From Acetobacteraceae bacterium (GTDB lineage: Bacteria; Pseudomonadota; Alphaproteobacteria; Acetobacterales; Acetobacteraceae): DNA of 57,010 nt. The translations under genes were made by a program, and so were the position numbers. Under the pieces are notes generated by a model, which did no database searches, was not told where the DNA came from, and worked only from the letters and a program-made list of their open reading frames with translations. Positions 30,862 through 40,664 of this stretch are shown one piece after another. The stretch covers positions 1 through 57,010 of the forward strand of contig SHWN01000001.1 of NCBI GenBank assembly GCA_009693795.1. The letters run 5' to 3'. Within the stretch, counting starts at the first letter, position 1; every line of letters starts with the position of its first letter.

Positions 30862-31292
30862 GCCGGGAATATCCGGACCGTCCCTTCGTCGGCATTGGCA
30901 TCGTCGTGTTAAAACCTGATGCCGTGCTGCTGGTCCGGCGCGGCAAGGCACCGAACTGGGGCAAATGGTCATTGCCGGGCGGCGCGCAGGAACTGGGTGA
31001 AACGGCCGAGGCCGCAGCGCGGCGCGAATTGCTGGAGGAAACGGCGCTCAGCGTTGGTCCAATGTATTTAGCCGCCAATGTCGATGCGATCCACCACGAC
31101 GACGCGGGCCGCATTCGCTTTCATTACACGATCATCGACTTTGCCGCCGCCTGGGTCTCTGGCGCGCCCCAGGCTGGTGACGATGTGTCCGATCTGACCT
31201 GGGCACCGCTCGACCGGCTCGACGATTACGATCTCTGGAGCGAAGCGCATCGCGTGATTGCCACTGCCCTTGGGCTGGTGGGATACGGCTGA
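30858..31292 (+). CDS. NUDIX hydrolase
   Basis: NUDIX box GGAQELGETAEAAARRELLEETAL. ATGA overlap with the DUF4340 gene. Confidence 0.85.
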   Translation: MSREYPDRPFVGIGIVVLKPDAVLLVRRGKAPNWGKWSLPGGAQELGETAEAAARRELLEETALSVGPMYLAANVDAIHHDDAGRIRFHYTIIDFAAAWVSGAPQAGDDVSDLTWAPLDRLDDYDLWSEAHRVIATALGLVGYG

Positions 31293-31331
31293 ATCATTTT
31301 GCTTCATGGCCGCCAGAACGGCTGTTGTGAT

Positions 31332-32261
31332 TCACGCCACCCCAGTATTACCCCCAACGCCAGCGGCCGCGGCGACTTCGGCGGCGAAATCGTCGGATTT
31401 TTTCTCGATGCCCTCGCCGAGTTGGAAGCGAGCGAAGGCTTTCAGGGTCACGCCAAATTTTTGCATCACGGCTTTGACGCGGGTTTCCCCGTCATGCACC
31501 CAGACTTGTTCCAGCAGGACCACTTCCTCGTAATATTTACGGATGCGGCCCTCGACCATTTTTTCGATGATGTTGTCGGGCCGGCCGGAGGCTTTGGCCT
31601 GTTCGGTCAGTACCTGTTTTTCGCGTTCCAGCGCGGCGGGATCGACGGCCGAGACATCGAGCGCTTCGGGGCGCGTGGCGGCGACATGCATGCCGACCTG
31701 ACGGCCCAATGTTTCCAGCACCGCCGCTTCGGACGTACCTTCCACGGCGGCGAGGACGCCGATTTTACCTAGGCCGGGCTTCAGCGCCGAATGGACATAG
31801 ATGGCGACCACACCTTGCGGCACGGTGAGGACGCGGGCGCGGCGGATGTTCATGTTTTCGCCGATCGTGGCGATGAGGTGGGTGATTTCCTCCGCCACGG
31901 TGCGCCCGGTGCCGGGGTAGGCGGCGGCGTTAATGGTGGCGAGGTCTTCACCGACATGCAGCGCGATCTTTGCCACGTTGGCGACGAAATCCTGGAACGC
32001 ATCGTTGCGCGCCACGAAATCGGTTTCGGCGTTGACTTCCACCATCGCCGCCTTGGCGGGGACGGATGCGACGCCGATCAGGCCTTCGGCGGCGACGCGG
32101 CCGGATTTCTTGGCTGCGGCGGCGAGGCCTTTCTTGCGCAGCCAGTCAATCGATTTCTCGATATTGCCAGCGTTTTCGGTCAGCGCCTTCTTGCAATCCA
32201 TCATGCCGGCGCCGGTCTTCTCGCGCAGGACTTTCACCAGAGCCGCGGTAATTTCAACCAT
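31332..32261 (-). CDS. tsf: translation elongation factor Ts
   Basis: [27 protein letters not shown]... Confidence 0.9.
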   Translation of the reverse strand: MVEITAALVKVLREKTGAGMMDCKKALTENAGNIEKSIDWLRKKGLAAAAKKSGRVAAEGLIGVASVPAKAAMVEVNAETDFVARNDAFQDFVANVAKIALHVGEDLATINAAAYPGTGRTVAEEITHLIATIGENMNIRRARVLTVPQGVVAIYVHSALKPGLGKIGVLAAVEGTSEAAVLETLGRQVGMHVAATRPEALDVSAVDPAALEREKQVLTEQAKASGRPDNIIEKMVEGRIRKYYEEVVLLEQVWVHDGETRVKAVMQKFGVTLKAFARFQLGEGIEKKSDDFAAEVAAAAGVGGNTGVA

Positions 32262-32278
32262 GGTTTTGTCCTCCGCGT

Positions 32279-33064
32279 TCAGTCGGCGTTCGGTTGTTCG
32301 GCGGTGATTTCGGCGACCGGCATGGCTTCCAGAGGAAGATCCTCGGCGGCGCCCAGATCGCGGCCGGAGGCGGACAGCTCGGCAGAAATGCCATCCAGCA
32401 CTGCGCCCGCGATCAGATCGCAATACATGGTGATGGCGCGAATCGCGTCGTCATTGCCGGGGACCGGATAAGTCACGCCTTCGGGATCAGAATTGGAATC
32501 CAGCACCGCGATGACGGGTATGCCGAGCTTGGTGGCTTCCTCGATCGCCAGCTTTTCCTTGTTCGTATCGATAATGAACAGAATATCCGGCAGGCCGCCC
32601 ATTTCCTTGATGCCACCCAGCGCGCGTTCCAGCTTGTCGCGGTCGCGGGTAATTTCCAGCACTTCTTTCTTCGTCAGGCCTTGCGTATCGCCAGAGACCA
32701 ACTCCTCGATCTGACGCAGCCGCTTGATCGAACCGGTGATGGTCTTCCAGTTGGTCAGCATGCCGCCGAGCCAGCGATGGTTGACGTAATACTGCCCGCA
32801 GCGCTTCGCCGCATCGGCCACGTGTTCAGCCGCCGCGCGCTTGGTGCCGACGAACAGCACGCGCCCTCCAGCCGCCGTCACGTCGCGCACCGCGCGCAAC
32901 GCGCGATCGAGCATCGGCACGGTCTGCTGCAAATCGATGATATGAACGTTGTTGCGGATTCCGAACAGGTAGGAACTCATCTTCGGGTTCCAGCGGCGGG
33001 TATGATGTCCAAAATGTACGCCGGCTTCAAGAAGCTGGCGCAAGGTGAAATCGGGCATCGCCAT
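32279..33064 (-). CDS. rpsB: 30S ribosomal protein S2
   Basis: [19 protein letters not shown]... Confidence 0.9.
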   Translation of the reverse strand: MAMPDFTLRQLLEAGVHFGHHTRRWNPKMSSYLFGIRNNVHIIDLQQTVPMLDRALRAVRDVTAAGGRVLFVGTKRAAAEHVADAAKRCGQYYVNHRWLGGMLTNWKTITGSIKRLRQIEELVSGDTQGLTKKEVLEITRDRDKLERALGGIKEMGGLPDILFIIDTNKEKLAIEEATKLGIPVIAVLDSNSDPEGVTYPVPGNDDAIRAITMYCDLIAGAVLDGISAELSASGRDLGAAEDLPLEAMPVAEITAEQPNAD

Positions 33065-33081
33065 GGGGGCGGGTCCTTTCC

Positions 33082-33699
33082 TTAGTCCGGTTGAGCCTCC
33101 GCAGGGTTCGGGCGATTGCCACCGGACCCGGATAACCGGGGAGGGAGCCCTGCGTGCGAATTACCGGCGAGATGCCGGCGGGCGCGATATGGCGGAGTTT
33201 TCTCCAGGAAGCAAGTCGCGCTGCCATACGCGGCGGGCCGCAATGTCCGCAGAGGCCCATCCGTCCCCAGCACCGGGTCCGCCGCCGGCAGCGCCACGGT
33301 GGAGATAGCTACGCTACGGATCGCGGTCGTGTAGCGCGTGCTAGCTGGATAGGCGCCGACGATCACGAGATCGGATGAGGCGAACATGCCACAATGCCCC
33401 ACCCCGGTGGGCACCACCGCGACATCGCCGGCCGCCAGTGCAATTTCGGCCCCGTTTGGCCCGCCAAAGATTACGCGAGCGCTGCCGCAGGCCACGCCCA
33501 ACGCCTCACGCGCATGCGGGTTAGAATACTGCCAGGGGAACACCCCGTCGTGCCAGGCCGGCGGCGAGGCTTGGGCGGCGAAAACACGCTCGATCGCAGC
33601 AGAATCGGCGGCCCGTGCGGCACGATAGATCAACAAGGGCTGCGCCGAATTCAGAATAGTGCCGTCGCCGGGAAAGAAATGTGTTCCTGGCGCGGCCAT
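33082..33699 (-). CDS. cupin-domain protein (YjlB-like) with a non-homologous C-terminal extension
   Basis: Cupin-like core ([15 protein letters not shown]...[13 protein letters not shown]...VVGAYP). Roughly the last 50 codons (about 33082-33245) look like read-through into the rpsB upstream region. Confidence 0.6.
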   Translation of the reverse strand: MAAPGTHFFPGDGTILNSAQPLLIYRAARAADSAAIERVFAAQASPPAWHDGVFPWQYSNPHAREALGVACGSARVIFGGPNGAEIALAAGDVAVVPTGVGHCGMFASSDLVIVGAYPASTRYTTAIRSVAISTVALPAADPVLGTDGPLRTLRPAAYGSATCFLEKTPPYRARRHLAGNSHAGLPPRLSGSGGNRPNPAEAQPD

Positions 33700-33714
33700 C
33701 CGAGTGTTCTTAAA

Positions 33715-34115
33715 TTCAACAGGTCAGGCAGGCCGTGTTCAGAATGCCCATCACCACGCCACCGGACGCCAGCAGCACGGCCGGCACCATATCGCCGCGC
33801 TCCAGCGCCTGCGTCGTGTCATAGCGTTCAGACCAGGAAGCAGGATAGCATCTGCACCACCGTCACCCAGACCAGAAGACCAACGAAGCTCACCGCATAT
33901 GCGATGATCGAGGCCAGGGGCAAGGTAAAGCTGATGGCAGCGCCGGGCAGGCTGATCGCCGCTGCCGTATTGGCCGCGCGCATCAGCGCCCATTCGTCAT
34001 GGCGGGTGATGCACGTGTAGATCAGCGTGAATATCGCCAGCAGCGCGATCGCGGTGACGAAATACGCCCGGCTATTCGCCTGCACGTTAAATTCAGTGCC
34101 ACGACACAGAGCCAC
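33715..34115 (-). pseudogene. DUF350-family membrane protein interrupted by a frameshift
   Basis: ORF 33828..34115 is DUF350-like (ITRHDEWALMRAANTAAAISLPGAAISFTLPLAS). The second repeat (RYDTTQALERGDMVPAVLLASGGVVMGILNTA) continues in another frame down to a TGA at 33715-33717. The shift lies near 33829-33850. Confidence 0.6.
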
Positions 34116-34269
34116 GGAAAAATAGCTTTATCATCACCTGCCGCTTGTCGGGCTGCTCGCGCTGCGCTAAAGCGCCGCGTTCACGGTCGCGGCCGGGGCC
34201 GGCGAAGCGGGGGTGCCACTCTCGGGGCAGTATCCCCGCGCGGTGTCACCGGCAGGCGGCATCCCGGAA

Positions 34270-34354
<85 letters not shown>

Positions 34355-34395
34355 CCGCCCGTTTGGCGTGATAAATATTAAGGATTTCCGGGCCG

Positions 34396-35733
34396 ATGCA
34401 GGTTACCGAAACGCTCTCCGACGGGCTAAAGCGCGCCTTTACCGTGGTGTTGCCGGCCACCGATATCGAGGGGCGGCGCACGGCGCGCCTGACCGATATC
34501 GGCAAGAATTTACGTCTGCCCGGGTTCCGCCCCGGCAAGGTGCCGATGACCCTGGTCAAGCAGCGCTATGGCACCGCCGTGATCGCCGAAGTGCTACAGG
34601 AAAGCGTCAATGAGGCGATGCAGAAAGTGCTCTCCGATCGCGGCCTGCGCCCGGCCGGTCAACCCAAGGTGGATTTGGCCGATTTCGGCGAGCCGACCGC
34701 CGCGCTCGAAAAAGACCTGGAATTCAAGGTTGAGCTGGAATTGCTGCCCGATATCCAGATGCCGGATTTCACCACCATCACGCTGACCCGCCTGCGCGCC
34801 GATGCCGGACCAGAAGCGATTAACCGCGCTTTGGACCAGATTGCCACCCGCAATCGCAACCTGCAGGACGTTGCCGAGGGGAGTGGCGCCGAAAAGGGCG
34901 ACGTGCTGACGGTGGATTTCCTCGGCAAGATCGATGGCGTGCCTTTTGATGGCGGGGCCGCCACCGACGCCACGGTCGAAGTCGCCGGCGAGGGCTTCAT
35001 CCCCGGATTCACCGAACAGCTGGAAGGCATCAAGATTGGCGAAGAGCGCGCGATCAATGTTGCCTTCCCCGCCGATTACGGCGCCGCTGCGCTGGCGGGC
35101 AAGGACGCGACCTTCGATATCACGGCCAAGACGCTGAAACATCCGGTGCTGCCGGCCATCGATGATGAGCTGGCAAAGAAAATGGGCCTCGAAACCCTGG
35201 ATGCCGCGAAGGAAATGATCGCCCAGCAGATCCAGCGGGAATATGACCAGCTGGCGCGGCTGCGCATCAAGCGCCAGTTGCTGGACGCACTCGCCGCACA
35301 GGTGGATTTCGCTCTGCCCGAGACCATGGTGGAGGCCGAATTCGCCCAAATCTGGCAGCGCATCGAGGCGGATCAGAAGGAAGGCCGCCAGGATGACGAG
35401 GACAAGGCCAAGGACGAAGCGACTTTGCGGGCAGAATATCGTACCATCGCCGAACGTCGTGTCCGCCTGGGCCTGTTACTGGCCGATATTGGCCGGGTGA
35501 ACGGCCTGACAGTCAGCCAGGAAGAGCTCACCCGAGCGATGCGGGTGGAGGCGATGCGCTATCCGGGGCAGGAAGCCCAGGTGATGGATTTTTTCCGCCA
35601 GAACCCACAAGCTATCGAGCCGCTGCGTGGCCCGATCTTCGAGGACAAGGTGGTGGATTATGTGCTGGAACTGGCCACCGTGACGGATGAGACGGTTACT
35701 CCAGAGGTTCTCGCCAGCGCGCCTGAAGCGTAA
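34396..35733 (+). CDS. tig: trigger factor
   Basis: 445 aa; MQVTETLSDGLKRAFTVVLPA..., GFRPGKVP motif, FKBP-type middle domain. Confidence 0.9.
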   Translation: MQVTETLSDGLKRAFTVVLPATDIEGRRTARLTDIGKNLRLPGFRPGKVPMTLVKQRYGTAVIAEVLQESVNEAMQKVLSDRGLRPAGQPKVDLADFGEPTAALEKDLEFKVELELLPDIQMPDFTTITLTRLRADAGPEAINRALDQIATRNRNLQDVAEGSGAEKGDVLTVDFLGKIDGVPFDGGAATDATVEVAGEGFIPGFTEQLEGIKIGEERAINVAFPADYGAAALAGKDATFDITAKTLKHPVLPAIDDELAKKMGLETLDAAKEMIAQQIQREYDQLARLRIKRQLLDALAAQVDFALPETMVEAEFAQIWQRIEADQKEGRQDDEDKAKDEATLRAEYRTIAERRVRLGLLLADIGRVNGLTVSQEELTRAMRVEAMRYPGQEAQVMDFFRQNPQAIEPLRGPIFEDKVVDYVLELATVTDETVTPEVLASAPEA

Positions 35734-35747
35734 GTGACGGCAAGGTC

Positions 35748-35776
35748 CTTGGTGACAAGGCTTTGCCAACCTATTT
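35748..35776 (+). promoter_or_regulatory. candidate RpoH (sigma-32)-type promoter of clpP: CTTG-18 nt-CCTATTT
   Basis: Read directly. It resembles the alphaproteobacterial heat-shock consensus CTTG-N17/18-CYTATNT. A 10-bp stem-loop follows at 35794-35819. Confidence 0.4.
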
Positions 35777-35837
35777 GGGGCTAGAATAAAAGCAGATCGC
35801 CCGAAACGCCGGGCGATCTACCTGGAAAGGCAAGACC

Positions 35838-36482
35838 ATGCAGGACCGCGATCCGGTCGAGATCTACGCCAACAGCCTGGTGCCGATGGTGGTCGAACAG
35901 ACCGCACGCGGCGAACGAGCCTATGACATCTATTCCCGCCTGCTGAAGGAACGCATCATCTTCCTGACGGGCGCGGTCTATGATCAGGTCAGTTCGCTGC
36001 TCTGCGCACAGCTGCTATTCCTGGAATCGGAAAACTCGACGAAGGATATTTCCTTTTATATCAATAGCCCAGGCGGCGTCGTTTCGGCCGGTCTGGCGAT
36101 CTATGATACGATGCAATATATTCGCTGCCCAGTCAGCACGGTCTGTATCGGTCAAGCCGCGTCGATGGGTTCGCTGCTGCTGGCAGCCGGGGCCAAGGGC
36201 AAACGCTATGCGTTGCCGAATGCTCGCGTCATGGTCCATCAGCCGTCTGGCGGCGCGCAGGGGCAGGCCACGGATATCGAAATCCAGGCGCGCGAAATTC
36301 TGGCGCTGCGCAAGCGGCTGAACGAGATCTATGTTATGCATACCGGCCAGCCACTGGATGCCATTGAGCGGAAGCTGGAGCGCGACAGCTATATGTCAGC
36401 CGAGGAAGCCCGCGATTTTGGCCTGGTGGATGAAGTCGTGCTCAGCCGTCCCCCCAGCGTTGACGAAGCAGCCAAGTCCTGA
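35838..36482 (+). CDS. clpP: ATP-dependent Clp protease proteolytic subunit
   Basis: 214 aa; GQAASMGS (active-site Ser) and MVHQPSGG. Confidence 0.95.
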   Translation: MQDRDPVEIYANSLVPMVVEQTARGERAYDIYSRLLKERIIFLTGAVYDQVSSLLCAQLLFLESENSTKDISFYINSPGGVVSAGLAIYDTMQYIRCPVSTVCIGQAASMGSLLLAAGAKGKRYALPNARVMVHQPSGGAQGQATDIEIQAREILALRKRLNEIYVMHTGQPLDAIERKLERDSYMSAEEARDFGLVDEVVLSRPPSVDEAAKS

Positions 36483-36572
36483 ACGGCACGCTGAACCTAT
36501 CCTTGTCGACACCCCATCATGGGGGCTAGATTTGCCCTTTAGGCCCCGGGCGAGTCTTGGGCAGGAGTGCGA

Positions 36573-37826
36573 ATGAGTAAGTCCGCCGATTCGAAGAACA
36601 CACTTTACTGCTCCTTTTGCGGCAAATCGCAGCATGAGGTGCGGAAACTCATTGCTGGTCCGACCGTGTTCATCTGCGATGAATGCGTCGAGCTGTGCAT
36701 GGATATCATCCGCGAGGAGCACAAAACCCTTTTGGTGAAATCCCGCGATGGTGTCCCCACGCCGCGCGAGATCTGCAAGGTGCTGGATGACTATGTCATC
36801 GGCCAGGCGCACGCCAAGAAGGTGCTGGCGGTGGCGGTGCACAACCATTATAAGCGCCTCGCGCATGGGCAGAAGAACAACGACATCGAGATCGCGAAGT
36901 CGAATATTCTGCTGCTTGGCCCGACCGGGTCCGGCAAAACGCTGCTCGCCCAGACGCTGGCGCGCATCCTGGATGTACCGTTCACCATGGCGGACGCCAC
37001 TACCTTGACCGAAGCCGGCTATGTGGGTGAGGACGTCGAAAATATCATCCTGAAGCTGTTGCAGGCGGCGGATTATAATGTCGAACGCGCCCAGCGTGGC
37101 ATCGTCTATATCGATGAGGTCGATAAAATTTCTCGCAAGGCGGATAATCCCTCCATCACCCGTGACGTCAGTGGCGAAGGTGTGCAGCAGGCGTTGTTGA
37201 AGATCATGGAGGGCACCGTCGCCTCCGTGCCGCCGCAGGGCGGGCGCAAGCATCCGCAGCAGGAGTTTTTGCAGGTCGACACCACGAATATTCTGTTCAT
37301 CTGCGGTGGTGCCTTCTCTGGGCTGGAACGCATCATTGGCTCGCGCGGCAAGGGTTCGGGCATTGGCTTTGGCTCGGATGTACGTTCGCCGGATGAACGC
37401 CGGGTTGGCGCCATCCTGCATCAGGTGGAACCGGAGGATTTGCTGAAATTCGGTCTGATCCCAGAATTTATCGGCCGCCTTCCCATTGTCGCTACTCTGG
37501 AAGATCTGGACGAGGCCGCCTTGGTGGAAATTCTCAGCAAGCCGAAAAACGCCCTGGTCAAGCAATATGGCCGGCTGTTCGAAATGGAGGGGGTAAAACT
37601 CTCCTTCACAGAGGACGCGTTGAAGGCCGTGGCCACACGCGCCATCGGGCGCAAGACCGGCGCACGCGGCTTGCGCTCCATCATGGAATCGATCTTGCTT
37701 AGCACGATGTTTGATCTGCCCGGCCTGAATGGGGTGGAAGAAGTGGTCATCAACCGCGAGGTGGCCGACGCCAAGCAGGCGCCCGTCTATGTCTATGGCA
37801 AGGAGCGGGCCGAAACGAGTGCTTGA
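36573..37826 (+). CDS. clpX: ATP-dependent Clp protease ATP-binding subunit ClpX
   Basis: Zinc-binding [13 protein letters not shown]...CDEC and Walker [14 protein letters not shown] lies 5 nt upstream of ATG 36573. Confidence 0.95.
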   Translation: MSKSADSKNTLYCSFCGKSQHEVRKLIAGPTVFICDECVELCMDIIREEHKTLLVKSRDGVPTPREICKVLDDYVIGQAHAKKVLAVAVHNHYKRLAHGQKNNDIEIAKSNILLLGPTGSGKTLLAQTLARILDVPFTMADATTLTEAGYVGEDVENIILKLLQAADYNVERAQRGIVYIDEVDKISRKADNPSITRDVSGEGVQQALLKIMEGTVASVPPQGGRKHPQQEFLQVDTTNILFICGGAFSGLERIIGSRGKGSGIGFGSDVRSPDERRVGAILHQVEPEDLLKFGLIPEFIGRLPIVATLEDLDEAALVEILSKPKNALVKQYGRLFEMEGVKLSFTEDALKAVATRAIGRKTGARGLRSIMESILLSTMFDLPGLNGVEEVVINREVADAKQAPVYVYGKERAETSA

Positions 37827-37983
37827 GACCTATTTGCGAGAGCTTGGTTGTCAAGCCCTTGCGGGATGGCCATGGCCTGCAAATATCTCTCTTTCATTGA
37901 TATGAAACATTGCGTGATAGGGCTTTATCCGTGCCAGAAACGGGCGGACCGAGCCTCGATCGTCCATAAGGAGGTCATCATCC

Positions 37984-40401
37984 ATGACTGACGCTGCCCC
38001 TGTTCCCGAGACCGCCGAGGCGGATGTGCTGGCGGTACTGCCGCTGCGCGATATCGTCGTCTTTCCGCATATGATCGTGCCCTTGTTCGTGGGCCGCGAG
38101 AAATCCGTGCGCGCGCTGGAAGCGGTGATGAAGGATGACAAGCAGATTCTTCTTGTAGCCCAAAAAAACGCGACGCAGGACGATCCTTCCTCAGACGATA
38201 TTTACCGCATCGGTACCGTCTCTACGATACTACAATTACTGAAGCTGCCGGATGGCACGGTGAAGGTGCTGGTGGAAGGCGGCCGTCGTGCCAAAATCAC
38301 CGACTTCAAGGAAACAGAGGCCTATTTCGAAGCCTTCGTCGAACCGATGCCGGATCAGGATGGGGTAGCGAAGGAACTGGATGCGCTCGGCCGCACCGTG
38401 GTCACGCAGTTTGAGCAATATATCAAGCTGAACAAGAAGATCGCGCCGGAGGTTCTGGTTTCTCTGAACCAGATCGAGGAGCCGTCCAAGCTCGCCGATA
38501 CCGTCGCCAGCCATTTGAATTTAAAGATCGCGGAAAAGCAGGAATTGCTAGAAACGCCGTCCATCAGCGAGCGGCTAGAACGCGTTTTTGGCCATATGGA
38601 ATCCGAAATCAGCGTATTGCAAGTAGAAAAACGCATCCGCAACCGCGTCAAGCGACAGATGGAGAAAACACAGCGCGAGTACTATCTTAACGAGCAGATG
38701 AAGGCGATTCAGAAGGAACTCGGCGAAGGTGAGGACGGCAAGGACGAGTTGGCCGAGCTGGAAGCGCGCATTAAGAAAACGAAATTCACCAAGGAAGCCC
38801 GCGACAAGGCGGTGGCGGAGATGAAGAAGCTCCGCACCATGAGTCCGATGAGCGCGGAAGCCACCGTGGTGCGCAACTATCTGGACTGGATGCTCTCCAT
38901 CCCCTGGAAGAAGCGGTCAAATATCCGCAACGACGTAACCGAAGCTGAAAAAATCCTCGAAGGTGATCATTACGGCCTGGGCAAGGTCAAGGAACGTATT
39001 ATCGAGTATCTGGCCGTGCAGACGCGCAGCCCGAAGATCAAGGGACCGATTCTGTGCCTTGTTGGGCCGCCAGGTGTTGGCAAGACATCGCTCGGGAAAT
39101 CGATTGCCAAAGCCACAGGGCGCAATTTTGTTCGCATGTCGCTGGGCGGCGTGCGTGACGAGGCAGAAATCCGTGGCCATCGGCGGACCTATATCGGCTC
39201 CATGCCGGGCAAGGTCGTGCAGGGGATGAAGAAGGCGAAAACCTCCAACCCGCTGTTCCTGCTCGATGAAATTGATAAATTGGGTGCTGATTGGCGTGGC
39301 GATCCATCCTCGGCGCTGCTCGAGGTATTGGATCCAGAACAGAACTCCACCTTCGCCGATCACTATCTGGAGGTGGATTACGATCTGTCGGATGTTATGT
39401 TCGTCACCACGGCGAACAGCCTGCGCATGCCGCAGCCGCTGATGGACCGCATGGAGATCATCCGCATCCCCGGCTATACTGAAGACGAAAAGGTCGAAAT
39501 CGCCAAGCGCCATCTGATGCCGAAAGTAACCGAAGCCAATGGCCTGAAGCCGGGTGAATGGCAGGTCTCCGACGAGGCGATCCGTGATCTGATCCGCTAC
39601 TACACACGCGAAGCCGGCGTCCGAAACCTGGAACGTGAATTGGCCAATGTCGCGCGCAAGGCGGTGAAGGAGATCGTTACTAAGAAAACGAAGAAGATCA
39701 CCGTCACGGCGAAGAACGTCGAAAAATTCGCCGGGGTGCGCAAACATCGCTTCGGCGAGACAGAAGCCGAGGATATGGTTGGTGTCGTCACCGGCCTGGC
39801 TTGGACGGAAGTCGGCGGCGAGATCCTGACCATCGAAAGCGTGCTGCTGCCGGGCAAGGGTCAGGTAAAGCACACCGGCAAACTCGGCGATGTGATGCAG
39901 GAAAGTGTTTCGGCCGCGCTAAGCTATGTCCGCTCTCGCTCGATCAATTTCGGCATCAAGCCGACCTTGTTCGAAAAGCGCGACATCCACGTGCATGTGC
40001 CGGAAGGCGCCACGCCGAAGGACGGGCCGTCCGCCGGTATCGCCATGGCGACCTCCATCGTCTCCATCCTCACCGGCATTCCGGTGCGGCGCGATGTGGC
40101 GATGACGGGGGAAATCACTCTGCGCGGGCGCGTGCTGCCTATCGGCGGGCTGAAGGAAAAACTGTTGGCCGCTTTGCGCGCAGGGATCAAGACGGTGTTC
40201 ATCCCGAAGGATAACGAGAAGGACCTCGCCGATATTCCGGACAACGTGAAAAAGGACCTGCAACTAATCCCCGTCGCCCATGTGGACGACGTGATCGCTC
40301 AGGCCCTGGCCCGCAAACCCGAACCCATCGAATGGGTGGAACCACCAGAACCCGTCGCCGCCGTCGCCGTGACTGGCCCGGCGGCAGTACTGCCGCACTA
40401 A
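37984..40401 (+). CDS. lon: Lon protease (LonA)
   Basis: 805 aa; [21 protein letters not shown], and protease PKDGPSAG (catalytic Ser). Confidence 0.95.
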   Translation: MTDAAPVPETAEADVLAVLPLRDIVVFPHMIVPLFVGREKSVRALEAVMKDDKQILLVAQKNATQDDPSSDDIYRIGTVSTILQLLKLPDGTVKVLVEGGRRAKITDFKETEAYFEAFVEPMPDQDGVAKELDALGRTVVTQFEQYIKLNKKIAPEVLVSLNQIEEPSKLADTVASHLNLKIAEKQELLETPSISERLERVFGHMESEISVLQVEKRIRNRVKRQMEKTQREYYLNEQMKAIQKELGEGEDGKDELAELEARIKKTKFTKEARDKAVAEMKKLRTMSPMSAEATVVRNYLDWMLSIPWKKRSNIRNDVTEAEKILEGDHYGLGKVKERIIEYLAVQTRSPKIKGPILCLVGPPGVGKTSLGKSIAKATGRNFVRMSLGGVRDEAEIRGHRRTYIGSMPGKVVQGMKKAKTSNPLFLLDEIDKLGADWRGDPSSALLEVLDPEQNSTFADHYLEVDYDLSDVMFVTTANSLRMPQPLMDRMEIIRIPGYTEDEKVEIAKRHLMPKVTEANGLKPGEWQVSDEAIRDLIRYYTREAGVRNLERELANVARKAVKEIVTKKTKKITVTAKNVEKFAGVRKHRFGETEAEDMVGVVTGLAWTEVGGEILTIESVLLPGKGQVKHTGKLGDVMQESVSAALSYVRSRSINFGIKPTLFEKRDIHVHVPEGATPKDGPSAGIAMATSIVSILTGIPVRRDVAMTGEITLRGRVLPIGGLKEKLLAALRAGIKTVFIPKDNEKDLADIPDNVKKDLQLIPVAHVDDVIAQALARKPEPIEWVEPPEPVAAVAVTGPAAVLPH

Positions 40402-40433
40402 CGAAGAAATTGGGTGCCGGTGTGCGACCCAAT

Positions 40434-40642
40434 GGAAGCACAGTTGGGGGGTTTGCCCCCCAACCCCGACCAGGGGCGTGGCGTCCCTGGCCTCCGTTCG
40501 TTTGGGTAGAATGAGGAAGGGGCGTGCGCGGTGGTTGTTACCGCCTTAGTCTGCGCCTTCCTCATTCTACCCAAATAAATCGGTTCTAGGGGGCGTCGCC
40601 CCTTAGCGGGGTTCGGAGCAGAGCCCCGACCTTGCTTCTCCT
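40434..40642. repeat. MITE-like nested-palindrome intergenic repeat, copy 1 (long form)
   Basis: Shares with copies 2 and 3 the left modules (GGGGG..CCCCC hairpin, (C/T)AGGG....CCCT(G/A) hairpin) and the right modules (CTA(A/G)GGGGCGTCGCCCCTTAG hairpin, TCGGrGC-AGA-GCCCCGA hairpin). The termini are purine-rich and inverted. It also contains a perfect 20-bp inverted repeat. Confidence 0.8.
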
Positions 40643-40664
40643 GCACCCCCACCGCCACCAAAAT

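Noticed and set aside
37827-37983. Sigma-32 promoter upstream of lon (CTTG-18 nt-CAAATAT near 37858-37886).
   Set aside because: The -10 element matches the CYTATNT consensus poorly and alternative alignments are equally weak, so it is not reported as a feature.
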